Of a stretch of DNA of 64,000 bases, positions 18,566 through 29,360 are shown piece after piece. The notes under the pieces are model-generated. The model saw nothing but the letters and a program-made list of their open reading frames with translations, made no database searches and was not told the DNA's origin. A program made the position numbers and the translations under genes. The stretch comes from a virus, in the IMG/VR virus record IMGVR_UViG_3300005264_000022, positions 4,791 through 68,790 of that record; one strand, written 5' to 3'. Numbering within the stretch: the first letter of the stretch is position 1; each line of letters begins with the position of its first letter.

Positions 18566-21500
18566 TTAATGGCAGTGCGAATATCCGCAATCATAACACT
18601 GTTGGCAACCACCTATTGAAGCTAATTCCCCACCACAATCTGGACATTTTTTACTTTCTATTATAGCAGAAGTCGATTTTGGTTTTGGTTTTGAAACTTC
18701 TTTTTTTATATTAACACTTTTAAATTCCCCACCCATATTGTCTTGGACAGATATTATAGCATCTATTAAAATATTTGGACAATTAATACCATCAACAGCT
18801 CTACCTCTCATTCTTGAAGATACACAAGAATTGCAACCTTCTATTCCTTTTACAGATTCTTTTATATCTCTCAAGTCTCCACCCAATCTTAATACTTGAG
18901 ATATGAGGATTGCTTCCCCTGTAATATTTTTAGTACAACCACTTCCCATCTTTGGTATTACATAACAATCTGTAACTCTCGACTCTGATTGTGAATATCC
19001 TATCATAACCTTCATTTCTCCACATCCATGTGTTATCTTTTTGGGTATATAATATGTATCGCTAGGAACTTCAGACATAATACCTCTTTCTAATACAGGA
19101 TAAGTATCCAACTCTTCTTCTTTTATATCATTTAAGACTCCATCGAGTGAACCATCTACATATATGCTCATTGAGGTTACTCCACGCTTCCATGCTTCTA
19201 TGTACATATCTTTAATTTCATCACATGACACATCTTCTTTTAAATTTGTAGTATTAGAAGAACACATATCTGTATATTTCTGTATTGATTCTAACATCTT
19301 AACTTTAGATAAAGGAGATATTTCTCTTGAATCCACACAAGCTTCTATGTCACCACCATTATCAATACATTTTTGTATCTGTGGATGTTTTATTGTAAAA
19401 GTATCATATTCTCCTCTAACTCCATCTTTAGTTACAGACCTAGTATATTCACTTCTAAATACAGGCTCTATCCCTGTAGAATAACCTAACATTGTTGATC
19501 CAGTTCCCGAAGGTGCATGAGCCATTAATGCACAATTTCTTAATCCTTTAATATATTGCAAACCTTTTTCTTCCATTTCTTTTTCCATTGATAAGATGGT
19601 TTCCGATTGCCCTCTTGTTGAACCCATGTATACAGACGCATCTATACAAGCCCCTTGCATTCTCATGGTCAACTCTTTTGTAAATTCAATTGCCTCGTCA
19701 GATCCATATTTCAAGCCTAACGCTATAAGACAATCAGCTAAAGACGTAATTCCTAGCCCCAAATTTCTCCATTCTTTAGCAACAATTCTTTGTTTTTCTA
19801 AAGGATTTCTATCTATACCTTCATCTAATATAGTATCCATTTCTTGTATTACCTCAAATACATCTTTATAAAAATTCTCATAATCAAATTCTGCTTTCTT
19901 AGTAAATGGATTTTTAACATAATTACAAGCAACCATAGTGGCTAATAGGCAAGTAGCACCATCTATTCCAACCATCTCATTACATCCATTTTGTGACATA
20001 TCTGCGGTCATTACAGAATTACCGAATAAATGATAATATTTAAACCTATCTACAAATACCAATGCAGGATCAAAAGCTTTCTTAGGAATGTCTATTATGG
20101 CATCCATTATCTTAACTGTATCTACTGTATGCTCTATAGTTTCTCCTGTATCTTCAACGAAATAGTCCGCCCTATATGATTCTTTGTTTACATAATGTTC
20201 CATAAATCTATCTGTTACATACATAGAAATATTTGTTGATAATAAATCACCAGTAAACCCTTCATTTTTTTTCTTAATTGCTATAAACTCTAAAGCATCA
20301 GGATGTTCTACACTTAAAGTCTGTAACAAAGCTCCCCTTCTTCCACTACTTCCTGCCATTGTATTCTCTGTTGCATTGTCGAATATTTTAGCAAAAGGAA
20401 CTACACCTGCCGTGGTATTTTCTCCTCTTCCTGCTTTCGCACCTTTTGGTCTAATGTTTGATAAGCACAAACCAACACCTTGTCCTGCTTGATACATCTT
20501 CATTAATTCTGTCTGTGTATCGCCTATTGCCTCTATTGAATCCTTTATGTAAGCTTGTGTGGCACAGTTATGTGTAAGAATATTCCCTTCTAAGCAAAAT
20601 GATTGGCTTGATGGAACTACTGCACAGTAAACAGTTTCTTTGATTCCAGTTCTTTCTACACTTCTTATTTTTTCATTGTGAAATGTATTCTCTTCTGTTT
20701 CTATTAGAATATGATTTTTATTTAAAAAGAACCATTTTGGTAAACTTTTAACATCTAAAGTTAATCTGTATAACCTTGATTCTTTTTCTGTTAAATTACT
20801 TACCCTCTCATGCACTTTTATTTCGTTCGTAGGGACGCCTAAAGATGCTAATATATCGTTCACTATTTCTAAATTTTCTATAACAGTTGAAGTTATAACG
20901 GCTCTGTTTTCACTTAAACACCCATCAGTAGCAAAATATCCAGCCAAGAAACCTAATAAGTACCCTTTAGTTTCTTTTAAAGTTGGTATTTTGTTTATAA
21001 AGTTAGGTAGTCCACTTATTACAGTCTGATCTAATTCTTCATTTTCAGTAATGCTACCAGTATTATTAAAATATTTGACAAATTCTCTTTTATCGCCACA
21101 AAGAGTTAGGTTGTTGTATTTTTTATTGTGACTTCCATCACCAAAAAACATACCGTGAGCTACTCCGAATGTACACATATTCACAACCGATATGTTTCTT
21201 CTACCATTGTGTATCTTTTTCAACAAAGTGCCTTCTCTTAAATCCTTTGTGAATACTTCCTTATAGTGATTGCTGTCTCTAGTTGGTCTTGAGTTCCTAG
21301 CGAACCATATATGATCTTCTGTAGCAAATATTTCCTTTCCATTAGTTAAAGTTATTTTCAATAGTTCTTGTACACCAAACTCTTTAGATTCGGCTTTTAC
21401 AAAAGTTCCTGTCTTATCCAAAACTTTAAATTCTTTTCCAACGAGCGAATCTATACTTCTTAAACCTTTATCTGTGACTATTCTAGTGTCTTTTCTAAAA

Positions 21501-21730
21501 CAATTAGAAAAAGACATTCCGTTGTCTATTCCTCTGTTAGCCATTATCCTTCCACCAAATATAACTTTTTTATCCTTTATTAATTTTTCAATTTCTTTAT
21601 TTCCTCCGCCAACTCTATTACAAAATTGATCTACCGCTTCTCCTTTTTGAAAATATTTTTCTGTTGCTATTTTATATCCCAAGTCAGTCTTTCCAACCCA
21701 TTCATATACATCCTGTCTATCCTTTTTCAT
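18566..21730 (-). CDS. nrdJ: Class II (B12-dependent) ribonucleotide reductase with intein
   Basis: GGRIMAN, SN|C, GQGVG, RRGA, NGCNE, CLL, RNLGLG and APSGT motifs; C-terminal TSCPD-like domain and Zn ribbon. Confidence 0.92.
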   Translation of the reverse strand: MKKDRQDVYEWVGKTDLGYKIATEKYFQKGEAVDQFCNRVGGGNKEIEKLIKDKKVIFGGRIMANRGIDNGMSFSNCFRKDTRIVTDKGLRSIDSLVGKEFKVLDKTGTFVKAESKEFGVQELLKITLTNGKEIFATEDHIWFARNSRPTRDSNHYKEVFTKDLREGTLLKKIHNGRRNISVVNMCTFGVAHGMFFGDGSHNKKYNNLTLCGDKREFVKYFNNTGSITENEELDQTVISGLPNFINKIPTLKETKGYLLGFLAGYFATDGCLSENRAVITSTVIENLEIVNDILASLGVPTNEIKVHERVSNLTEKESRLYRLTLDVKSLPKWFFLNKNHILIETEENTFHNEKIRSVERTGIKETVYCAVVPSSQSFCLEGNILTHNCATQAYIKDSIEAIGDTQTELMKMYQAGQGVGLCLSNIRPKGAKAGRGENTTAGVVPFAKIFDNATENTMAGSSGRRGALLQTLSVEHPDALEFIAIKKKNEGFTGDLLSTNISMYVTDRFMEHYVNKESYRADYFVEDTGETIEHTVDTVKIMDAIIDIPKKAFDPALVFVDRFKYYHLFGNSVMTADMSQNGCNEMVGIDGATCLLATMVACNYVKNPFTKKAEFDYENFYKDVFEVIQEMDTILDEGIDRNPLEKQRIVAKEWRNLGLGITSLADCLIALGLKYGSDEAIEFTKELTMRMQGACIDASVYMGSTRGQSETILSMEKEMEEKGLQYIKGLRNCALMAHAPSGTGSTMLGYSTGIEPVFRSEYTRSVTKDGVRGEYDTFTIKHPQIQKCIDNGGDIEACVDSREISPLSKVKMLESIQKYTDMCSSNTTNLKEDVSCDEIKDMYIEAWKRGVTSMSIYVDGSLDGVLNDIKEEELDTYPVLERGIMSEVPSDTYYIPKKITHGCGEMKVMIGYSQSESRVTDCYVIPKMGSGCTKNITGEAILISQVLRLGGDLRDIKESVKGIEGCNSCVSSRMRGRAVDGINCPNILIDAIISVQDNMGGEFKSVNIKKEVSKPKPKSTSAIIESKKCPDCGGELASIGGCQQCYDCGYSHCH
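20567..21502 (-). mobile_element. Intein (312 aa) with LAGLIDADG homing endonuclease in NrdJ
   Basis: Starts CFRKDTRIVT; block B ATEDH; GMFFGDG and LAGYFATDG; ends ILTHN followed by +1 Cys. Confidence 0.93.
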
Positions 21731-21745
21731 TAATTCCTCCTCTGT

Positions 21746-22258
21746 TTAATCACATTTTATTATTTTAAATCCAACGTACTTCCCAATTTTTATTTTTTCT
21801 TTAGTTTTTATATATTTAGTTATAGTAGAACTTGATAATCCTGTTTTCTGCTTTACCTCAGAATGCCCAAGGCAACATACTTCTATAATACCACTTGACA
21901 ATATATATATCTTTTTGCAATTTATTAATCCGTCATCAAATGCTTGTTTTGTATTCTCTGATACAGTACCCCATTTTAAATTCTTATAATAATTATTTGT
22001 TTTATTGTTGTCTAAGTGCATTACAATATCACAATTCTCTTTTTTATCTATAAATGCAAACGCTACAAGCCTGTGAACTCTAAAATATCTAACTTTACCT
22101 CTATAATTTAATTCTATTTCATTATATCCATGAGATATATTCTTTTTAATTTTCAAATTCCTTTTACTTCTCACGCTATATACATTCCCATAAGAACTTA
22201 TTTTATATAGACCTTCATACTCTATTATATCCCTCCATTCTTCTTTATCTACCATCAA
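21746..22258 (-). CDS. NUMOD4-HNH homing endonuclease
   Basis: EEWRDIIEYEGLYKISSYGNV; VHRLVA...VMHLDNNKTNN...NLKW...EN. Confidence 0.9.
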   Translation of the reverse strand: MMVDKEEWRDIIEYEGLYKISSYGNVYSVRSKRNLKIKKNISHGYNEIELNYRGKVRYFRVHRLVAFAFIDKKENCDIVMHLDNNKTNNYYKNLKWGTVSENTKQAFDDGLINCKKIYILSSGIIEVCCLGHSEVKQKTGLSSSTITKYIKTKEKIKIGKYVGFKIIKCD

Positions 22259-22284
22259 TTCCTCCTCTTTTCTAATATAGAATC

Positions 22285-22313
22285 ATTATAGCACATCATA
22301 ATATTTTAGTCAA
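22285..22313 (-). promoter_or_regulatory. Sigma70-type promoter
   Basis: TTGACT-N17-TATAAT. Confidence 0.7.
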
Positions 22314-23306
22314 GCAATTTGTGACTATTTTATGAAACATTTCCTCACCGCAATCAGTTGGTGATTTCTTACTGCCTTTCTCCATATATTCATTACCTTT
22401 ATCATACAGGATGTGTATGTTAGCATTAGGTATTTGTTCTTTTATTTTTGATCCTAAATTTATATAATGAATGTATTCAATACCTTCATCTAAAGCTAAC
22501 ACAATATTTTCTACGCCACACTCTTTCAACAGTTTAATTTGCTCATTCTTAATAGTAGAACACCCTAGTGATACTGCATTTCTTACATCAAATGAAGCAC
22601 ATTGCATAGTTGATTTTTCAGACTCGAATATAAATACTATTTTATCATGTTTAATTTGATGTTGGTTCTCATATAGACCATATAGGAAGTTTCCCTTACT
22701 AAAATGTAATAGACTAATGTATTTATACTTATAATCCTTATTAAAATCATAATTAGATCTAGCATTACACCCTACTACATTGCCATCCATATCCTTCCAC
22801 AATATAACTATCCTATCTGAATTTTGGTCATATCTAATATCAAACTCATGTTGTACGAATATGTTAATTCCATCTTGCCTAAATGTACTAGATATGATTG
22901 GTTTAAATTGGTTCACCTCTCTATCTGTATATATCCTCTCACCACGTAATTCATCCATATGTGGAAACAATCCATTAAATAGACTAGACTGCTTTTGCAC
23001 ATCTATCTTAGTCATATTATATGTGTCATCTGTAATCCCTAGATAGCCTCTAAGCTCTCCTATAGCCTCCCTAAAGGATAAGCCTGTCTTCATCATAATA
23101 GCATTAATAATGTCTCCAGACTCTCCCGTAGACCACCTGTTAAAGTGTAATGTATTCACATTCAACTTGCAACTTCCTGTTGATTCATTATCAAAAGCAA
23201 ATGACAGATATTCACTTCCCGAAAAGTTGCAGAATCCATATTTCTCTAGTAAGTTTATTATTAGTTCTTTATTATCCCTCAATCTCATCTTTACAATATC
23301 TGCCAT
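22296..23306 (-). CDS. DNA primase (Toprim)
   Basis: KYIS...LYGLYEN, FESEKS and LALDEG motifs. Confidence 0.85.
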   Translation of the reverse strand: MADIVKMRLRDNKELIINLLEKYGFCNFSGSEYLSFAFDNESTGSCKLNVNTLHFNRWSTGESGDIINAIMMKTGLSFREAIGELRGYLGITDDTYNMTKIDVQKQSSLFNGLFPHMDELRGERIYTDREVNQFKPIISSTFRQDGINIFVQHEFDIRYDQNSDRIVILWKDMDGNVVGCNARSNYDFNKDYKYKYISLLHFSKGNFLYGLYENQHQIKHDKIVFIFESEKSTMQCASFDVRNAVSLGCSTIKNEQIKLLKECGVENIVLALDEGIEYIHYINLGSKIKEQIPNANIHILYDKGNEYMEKGSKKSPTDCGEEMFHKIVTNCLTKIL

Positions 23307-23314
23307 TTGTCCTC

Positions 23315-24043
23315 CTATAATTGTGTTTCTTTTATTCTCTTTACTGCTATATCAAAATATTTTTCGTCTAACTCAATGCCTATACCTCTTCTACCAACAT
23401 TCTCACAAGCTACCAATGTGCTACCGCTACCCATAGTAAAGTCTAAAACTATATCTCCTTCATTAGTATATGTTTTGATTAAATACTCCATAAGTAATAC
23501 TGGCTTTTGAGTAGGATGATACCCATTCATATCATTTTTAAATTCTAATAAATCACTTGGATACCCTGTTTTTTCTTGATTCCATTCTTTTTTATAATTT
23601 TGCATAGTTGTCTCTGAGCTTCTTCCTCTAGTTGCTTTGCCTGTAAATTTCTCTAATCCTTGAGGAAAATAATTGTTTTTATAAAATACCATTATTTCTT
23701 CAATTTGTCTAAGAGGTTGCCTCTTTGCATTAAGAAAGTTACCTTTATTACTTTTTAACCAATACCAAGAATATTTAAAATGTTTTATATTTGAATGCAT
23801 CAAATTTGCACTAAACGGTTTCACTCCAAATAATATAACTGGCGTTTTATCTTTTCTTATTTTATTCAATTTGCTCCACATTTGTTCAAAATTAACTATT
23901 GAATCCCACTTCGCCCAAGTAGTTCCATATGGGGGATCAGTTATAACACAATCAACCTTCACACCTCTCTCAATCAATTTATCCATCACTTCTAAACAAT
24001 CACCATTGATTAAATAACTATTACCAATCATCTCTTCTCTCAT
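23315..24043 (-). CDS. N4/N6 DNA methyltransferase (beta class)
   Basis: DPPY, HPTQKP and DFTMGSGST. Confidence 0.93.
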   Translation of the reverse strand: MREEMIGNSYLINGDCLEVMDKLIERGVKVDCVITDPPYGTTWAKWDSIVNFEQMWSKLNKIRKDKTPVILFGVKPFSANLMHSNIKHFKYSWYWLKSNKGNFLNAKRQPLRQIEEIMVFYKNNYFPQGLEKFTGKATRGRSSETTMQNYKKEWNQEKTGYPSDLLEFKNDMNGYHPTQKPVLLMEYLIKTYTNEGDIVLDFTMGSGSTLVACENVGRRGIGIELDEKYFDIAVKRIKETQL

Positions 24044-24061
24044 TATACCTCCATTTATAAT

Positions 24062-25546
24062 TTAATCTGATGCAACTGTGCATATTCCAATTTCTCTTAG
24101 CAATCCCCATGCGTAATTCATTTCATACAAGACATAAACATCACGACTTCCATAACGATTCTTAGCCACATTCATAACTAAATATTTCTTAGTAGGATCT
24201 AAGTTTATATATTCTTGATAATAACCACTATTATCGTTATTCATTTTCCATTTGAATGGCTTTACATCATGTTTTTCTCCAGTATATTCACTATCGTATA
24301 ATGGTCTACAAGCTAATATTACATCTAATACTTCTGCTATAGACTTAGCCTCTGATAGTATCGACTCATCTAAACTTCTCTTCTGTATTTCTTTATGTCT
24401 TAATGCAGTTTGATATGTAGCAAAACAACTAACATCGATTGTCCTACAAGTCTCATATATCCTTCTTGAGCTATCTATCAGCTCTCCTCTAACTTTATCA
24501 CTAGCAGGATTCTCTGCTTTATATGTGTCTAAGAAAAAATGTCTAACGCCTCTATAGGCATATCTTCTGACTATTGAAAGAAACTCACTTACAGTATATC
24601 TATTTGCTTTCTTAAATAATATTTTATCTTTATAATTTTCTCTAATATATTGTCTAGCTTTTTCTATCATAATTTCTTGTTCGGGTGTGTATACCCCTTT
24701 TGCCAAATCATTTCTATTCAATTTCCAATAATTAAACTTTAAGCACATCGTTCTGATTAGTAATAATTCTTGTATTTGATGTTCCTCTGATTCATTACAA
24801 TACAACAATACAGTTTCGCCTAAATCTACAATACTCATTGCAATCAAATTGTACATAATCGTACTCTTACCGTTATTTACGGTACTAGTCAACAACGAGA
24901 AATTACCCATATGTAATCCCAATGTAGTATTAGAAATAATTCTTAATCCTTCATATGGAGTCCCTATTTTCTTACCCTCTCTTAAATCTTGTAAGAATTG
25001 ATCTGTAATAGTTATAGACTGCACTCCTGTATCTGCTACACTATTCTTTCTAATCTCATTTAACTTATAATCAACATATGATGCTAATTCATCTTGATTC
25101 ATTATTTCAGTCATACCTTCTAACTTTTCTTGCAACTCAACTGTTAGCTTAAACGTTTCCAATGCAGAATTACTAGTAGAAAAGTCTGATAAGTATGTAT
25201 CAAAATTTATAGCCTTGATTTCTTTTTCTAAGTTCTTCATAGCTTGATAGCCATTGTATTTTATAAACTCACTTCTTAATATCTCTGCATCTGCTAACAC
25301 AGTATCTATAATAGATAAATCTACAGATGTAGCTCCCTTCTCTGATATTTTCTTTAGCACAGTGAAAAATATTCTACCCTCATTAGTTAGCATATTGCTA
25401 GGTTTGATTCCCGAACAATTTAAGAATAGAGATAGATCACTAACTAAACATCCTATTAATTTACCTTCTATACTTCCTCTGTGCTTCACAAGATTGAGTG
25501 GAAACTCTCTTATCGCCCCTTTACTTGTAACAAAATTATATTGCAT
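24062..25546 (-). CDS. DnaB-like replicative helicase
   Basis: Walker A NNGKST, NE, LDTYK, EAK.I.E and KNRYG motifs. Confidence 0.88.
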   Translation of the reverse strand: MQYNFVTSKGAIREFPLNLVKHRGSIEGKLIGCLVSDLSLFLNCSGIKPSNMLTNEGRIFFTVLKKISEKGATSVDLSIIDTVLADAEILRSEFIKYNGYQAMKNLEKEIKAINFDTYLSDFSTSNSALETFKLTVELQEKLEGMTEIMNQDELASYVDYKLNEIRKNSVADTGVQSITITDQFLQDLREGKKIGTPYEGLRIISNTTLGLHMGNFSLLTSTVNNGKSTIMYNLIAMSIVDLGETVLLYCNESEEHQIQELLLIRTMCLKFNYWKLNRNDLAKGVYTPEQEIMIEKARQYIRENYKDKILFKKANRYTVSEFLSIVRRYAYRGVRHFFLDTYKAENPASDKVRGELIDSSRRIYETCRTIDVSCFATYQTALRHKEIQKRSLDESILSEAKSIAEVLDVILACRPLYDSEYTGEKHDVKPFKWKMNNDNSGYYQEYINLDPTKKYLVMNVAKNRYGSRDVYVLYEMNYAWGLLREIGICTVASD

Positions 25547-26261
25547 TATTCACCTCTTTATATATAAACAACTTTTCTATGCTATTTTTATTACCTCCTA
25601 CTCCCCCATTTGCACTTAGAGAGCTTTTCACTTCTTTCTGCCATACACATTCAAAATCATTAGGTGCATTATATTCAGATATAAAAACTTTATGCCCTTT
25701 TTTAGCCATCTCTCTGCACCATTCCCAAAACTCGGAATGATTAAAACTATCTTTATATTTTGTAGTGTTGTCGTATGGAGGATCACAATAGATTATAGAA
25801 TTATTAGGTATTTCTAAATCCTCATAGCTAGAATGTACAAATTTAATACCTTTTATGTTTTGCACTTGTTTTATAGTGTTCCTATATGCTTCGGACTGAT
25901 AATTTCTTATTCCGCCTTTTGTTTTTACTATCCCAGCATATCCTCCAAACCATTTTCCCGAATAACTACAATTTATTCCGACATAGCCCGTTATATGTAA
26001 AAATTCCTCTTTATTATTTTTTATAAAGTCATAACACTTTTTTGTATAATCTTTGTTGGGAACCCACCCATTTTCCAATTCTATCCACATATTCGCTACA
26101 TACTTATTACTATCCGCTCCAATCCTATTTCCATTAACTTTATCTATCATATTAGCACCGCCAACGAAAGGCTCGACATACCATTGACCTTCTTTTCTAC
26201 CTTTCAATATAAGCGGTAGGATGTGTTTAGCTATCCTGTTTTTACTTCCCATGTATTTCAT
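25536..26261 (-). CDS. Dam-like (D12 class) adenine methyltransferase
   Basis: YMGSK, EPFVGG and YCDPPY. Confidence 0.92.
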   Translation of the reverse strand: MKYMGSKNRIAKHILPLILKGRKEGQWYVEPFVGGANMIDKVNGNRIGADSNKYVANMWIELENGWVPNKDYTKKCYDFIKNNKEEFLHITGYVGINCSYSGKWFGGYAGIVKTKGGIRNYQSEAYRNTIKQVQNIKGIKFVHSSYEDLEIPNNSIIYCDPPYDNTTKYKDSFNHSEFWEWCREMAKKGHKVFISEYNAPNDFECVWQKEVKSSLSANGGVGGNKNSIEKLFIYKEVNNAI

Positions 26262-26782
26262 TAATCCTCTCCCATCATCTTCAATAACTCACCAATATCA
26301 TTCTTACCTTTTCTCTTAACATATTTTATATCTTGTATGGAATGTTCATAATCTTCAAATTTAACATTCTCAATTTTCTTATTATTCATGGTCAACTTCA
26401 CACCATCTTTAACATGATTATCTATAACTGCTAAAGCATAGTTGATCTTATCTGCACCTACAATTATACAATTATTTTCAATACCCTCATTTATATCTTT
26501 CATGCTAGATTTGATTGTGTTATACATTACTTCATTACTTTTATATTTATCCACAATCTTTTTATTAAGTGCATTAATCCTAATTATAGAATTTGGTGCA
26601 AACTTATTTATTCCACTAATATCTTTCAATAGATCCATTGTGAGTGTCTTATAAGTCTCCTCACGAGCTATCAACTCATACTCCGACTTATTGCAGTAGT
26701 ACATATTCCTCTTACCTTTAAGAACCTTATACGCATCATCACGTTCTATCTTATCTCCACAAGCTTGACATTTAACTTTCAT
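26261..26782 (-). CDS. Zn-finger hypothetical protein (replication module)
   Basis: VKCQAC...YYC motif upstream of the helicase. Confidence 0.6.
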   Translation of the reverse strand: MKVKCQACGDKIERDDAYKVLKGKRNMYYCNKSEYELIAREETYKTLTMDLLKDISGINKFAPNSIIRINALNKKIVDKYKSNEVMYNTIKSSMKDINEGIENNCIIVGADKINYALAVIDNHVKDGVKLTMNNKKIENVKFEDYEHSIQDIKYVKRKGKNDIGELLKMMGED

Positions 26783-26799
26783 CTCTCACCTCCGAAAGC

Positions 26800-26828
26800 A
26801 TTTTAGCATATTGATTGTATTATGTCAA
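26800..26828 (-). promoter_or_regulatory. Sigma70-type promoter
   Basis: TTGACA-N17-TAAAAT. Confidence 0.7.
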
Positions 26829-27668
26829 TTAATTTTCTTCTTTTAATTCTTTGAATATATGTGATATTACATCAACCGTCCAACCATCACCAATCAAATC
26901 TGTAGCTTTGGACTTAATACACTCTATTTTTATATGTTTTGGGATGGTTTGAAGTTTTCTATATTCATCAAGTGTTAAATCTCTTATTTCTCCATTCTTC
27001 ATAGTTATAAATTGAGTATTCCATGCAGAATATCCCCTTGATGTGATTGGGAGACTTTTTTCGCCATCTAACCTTACATACATAGTCTCTAGCTTTCTTT
27101 TTATAAACGCTTTCTTTTTTTCACTAAATTTTTCCTCTCGGATAGCTTCATATTTTATAATATCTTTTAATTTAATATTTTTATCATTTGGTTGTTCAAC
27201 GTTAGGTATATTTGTCCAATAGAGCCTCCTTCTATGTTGTGCTGAGACTAGGCTTGAATTAATCATTATGGGTTTTACGCCTAACATCTCTGTTATTTTA
27301 TCCCTATCTTTATTTTTCATTGATGCCACATTTTCTAATAAAAAATATTTTGGCTCGACCTCTTTCAAAATTCTCAAATATTGATAAAATAAAATGCTTT
27401 TGTCCCCTTCTAGCCCCTTCCCTCCAAATTTTATCAATGAAAGATCTTGGCAAGGGCTTCCTCCTATCAATAGGTCTATTTTCGGTAATACAGAAACATC
27501 TAAACACGTAATGTCCCCTAACTGTCTTGTATTCGGATAGTTCAACATAGTAGTTTCTATTGCATGTTTTTTTATTTCGCTTGCGTAATAATTTTTAACA
27601 TTAATTCCAACTTTTTCAAGTGCCATTTGCCCACAACTCATTCCATCAAATAAACTTAATACATTCAT
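26829..27668 (-). CDS. C5 cytosine DNA methyltransferase
   Basis: LSLFDG, GGSPCQ, ENV, Q.RRR and GDGW; start at the ATG after AGGAGG. Confidence 0.93.
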   Translation of the reverse strand: MNVLSLFDGMSCGQMALEKVGINVKNYYASEIKKHAIETTMLNYPNTRQLGDITCLDVSVLPKIDLLIGGSPCQDLSLIKFGGKGLEGDKSILFYQYLRILKEVEPKYFLLENVASMKNKDRDKITEMLGVKPIMINSSLVSAQHRRRLYWTNIPNVEQPNDKNIKLKDIIKYEAIREEKFSEKKKAFIKRKLETMYVRLDGEKSLPITSRGYSAWNTQFITMKNGEIRDLTLDEYRKLQTIPKHIKIECIKSKATDLIGDGWTVDVISHIFKELKEEN

Positions 27669-27739
27669 ATAATCTGATCCTCCTAATATTTTCAAAAGAA
27701 AAGGAGGTTTTTACACCTCCACTCTTCAGTTAATTTCAC

Positions 27740-27961
27740 CTATACTAATTTACCTTCACTTTTTGCTAATTCATAATAGATTCTTCCATTCAGTATCACA
27801 ATGTAAGAAGTCATGTGTTTTAATTGCTCTTCTAACATTTCCGTTGACGGATTTCCGTCATTTTTTAAATAATACTCACGAGTAATATATTTTCTACCTG
27901 TTTTTATTTTTACACTTAATTCATCCCTTTCTTTTACCATTCTCTCAATATATTTTTCCAT
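27740..27961 (-). CDS. crAss001_48-like small helical protein
   Basis: YIERM..ERDEL..KI...L..QL..M..Y..IL..RI pattern. Confidence 0.7.
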   Translation of the reverse strand: MEKYIERMVKERDELSVKIKTGRKYITREYYLKNDGNPSTEMLEEQLKHMTSYIVILNGRIYYELAKSEGKLV

Positions 27962-27977
27962 TTTTTACCTCCATAAA

Positions 27978-28196
27978 TTAATTAACTAATGGTGAATTAG
28001 ATAAATCCATCATCTTTAAATATTCACCAAGTTCTAAATATGCCTTTGCTACTTCAATACAATCATCATAGCTATGGCATCCCTCTTCTTCAAATTCTCT
28101 AATCTTCAACACGTTCTCTTCAAAATTATCAGATAACTCACAGGCATCTAATCTATCTAAATCTAATATATCTAATTGTACTTGTTTAGTTAGCAT
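27978..28196 (-). CDS. Hypothetical acidic protein
   Basis: ORF track. Confidence 0.5.
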   Translation of the reverse strand: MLTKQVQLDILDLDRLDACELSDNFEENVLKIREFEEEGCHSYDDCIEVAKAYLELGEYLKMMDLSNSPLVN

Positions 28197-29334
28197 TTAT
28201 ATCATATCCAACATATGTAGCAATTTGTCCTACAACATCCATATTAGATAATTTAATAGCTTCTTGATATGATGGATTTAGACTATTTAGCCATTGAACT
28301 ACTTCGTTTGCCATATTTATTATATTAGTTTCAATATATGAAATTAATTTTGCTTTCTTAACATTGTCAACAGAATTAGTATCATCTTTCTTTAATGCTT
28401 CAATTACAACCTTCTCTTCTTCTTTATGTTTAGCAATTTGTTTTTCTTTTTCTTGCTCTAATATTGTATCATCCTCTATACCTGATGCAGATTTAACTGC
28501 TTTCTTAAATATATCCACAAATAGATCGGCAGTTTCTTTAGCACTATGCCCTGCTTCAAATTCAGTAGGCACATCTTGAAACCTAGATTTAGCTCCCTTA
28601 TATTCATCATTAGCTCTTAATCTTACAAATCTATCTCCAATTACTTCAGTCTTGTTTACAATCTTTCTATCAGTCGTATACATTAATGAGAAGTCACAAT
28701 CTTGTAATATAATTGCATCAAAGCCTTCGCCCGTATCTGAACCATAGTACATATATTTTTCTCCAGTACCTTTTGTTTCTTTTTGTTTTAATTTAGAATG
28801 TGATATAAAATACGGTAAAAACCCTGCATTTCTTAATCTAGCTATTATATCCTCGGCTAATAATTGATTTAATGCCCCATGTGGTCTACCATGCCCCTTC
28901 CAACAAGCATCAAATGTTTTATATTCTCCGACTTCTTCAAAATGAATCTCTTCTATTTTCTTTTTCCCATACTTTTGTAATACAGTTGTAGAATCTATCC
29001 CTACTATCTTTATAGGGAAGTTAGGGTCTTTCTTCTTTTCTGATGTCAATATATCTATTGCTTTAACTACTTCGTCCCAACTTTTTAATATTCCATTCTT
29101 TAGTCCTGTCTTTTGATCTGTCAGTTTAAACACGTTTAACCCGTTCAATGCAGAATAACCTAACTCTAACGGTAATAGTATTCCTATATTTTTATTTCCA
29201 GTCTCCTGTCCAAATCTCTTGCATAGTGCATCAAACAGACTTGTCTTACCAGAACCGCTTTCTCCCATAATTCTTATTGAATAATCAAATAGGTCTAACG
29301 ATGTTTCGTTTGTCTCCATAAAATCAAATTGCAT
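28186..29334 (-). CDS. AAA_24/Sak4-like P-loop NTPase
   Basis: GESGSGKT, E.G, IDS and ISH motifs. Confidence 0.85.
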   Translation of the reverse strand: MQFDFMETNETSLDLFDYSIRIMGESGSGKTSLFDALCKRFGQETGNKNIGILLPLELGYSALNGLNVFKLTDQKTGLKNGILKSWDEVVKAIDILTSEKKKDPNFPIKIVGIDSTTVLQKYGKKKIEEIHFEEVGEYKTFDACWKGHGRPHGALNQLLAEDIIARLRNAGFLPYFISHSKLKQKETKGTGEKYMYYGSDTGEGFDAIILQDCDFSLMYTTDRKIVNKTEVIGDRFVRLRANDEYKGAKSRFQDVPTEFEAGHSAKETADLFVDIFKKAVKSASGIEDDTILEQEKEKQIAKHKEEEKVVIEALKKDDTNSVDNVKKAKLISYIETNIINMANEVVQWLNSLNPSYQEAIKLSNMDVVGQIATYVGYDINAN

Positions 29335-29360
29335 TGTATCATCTCCTCTAATCTCTTTTA

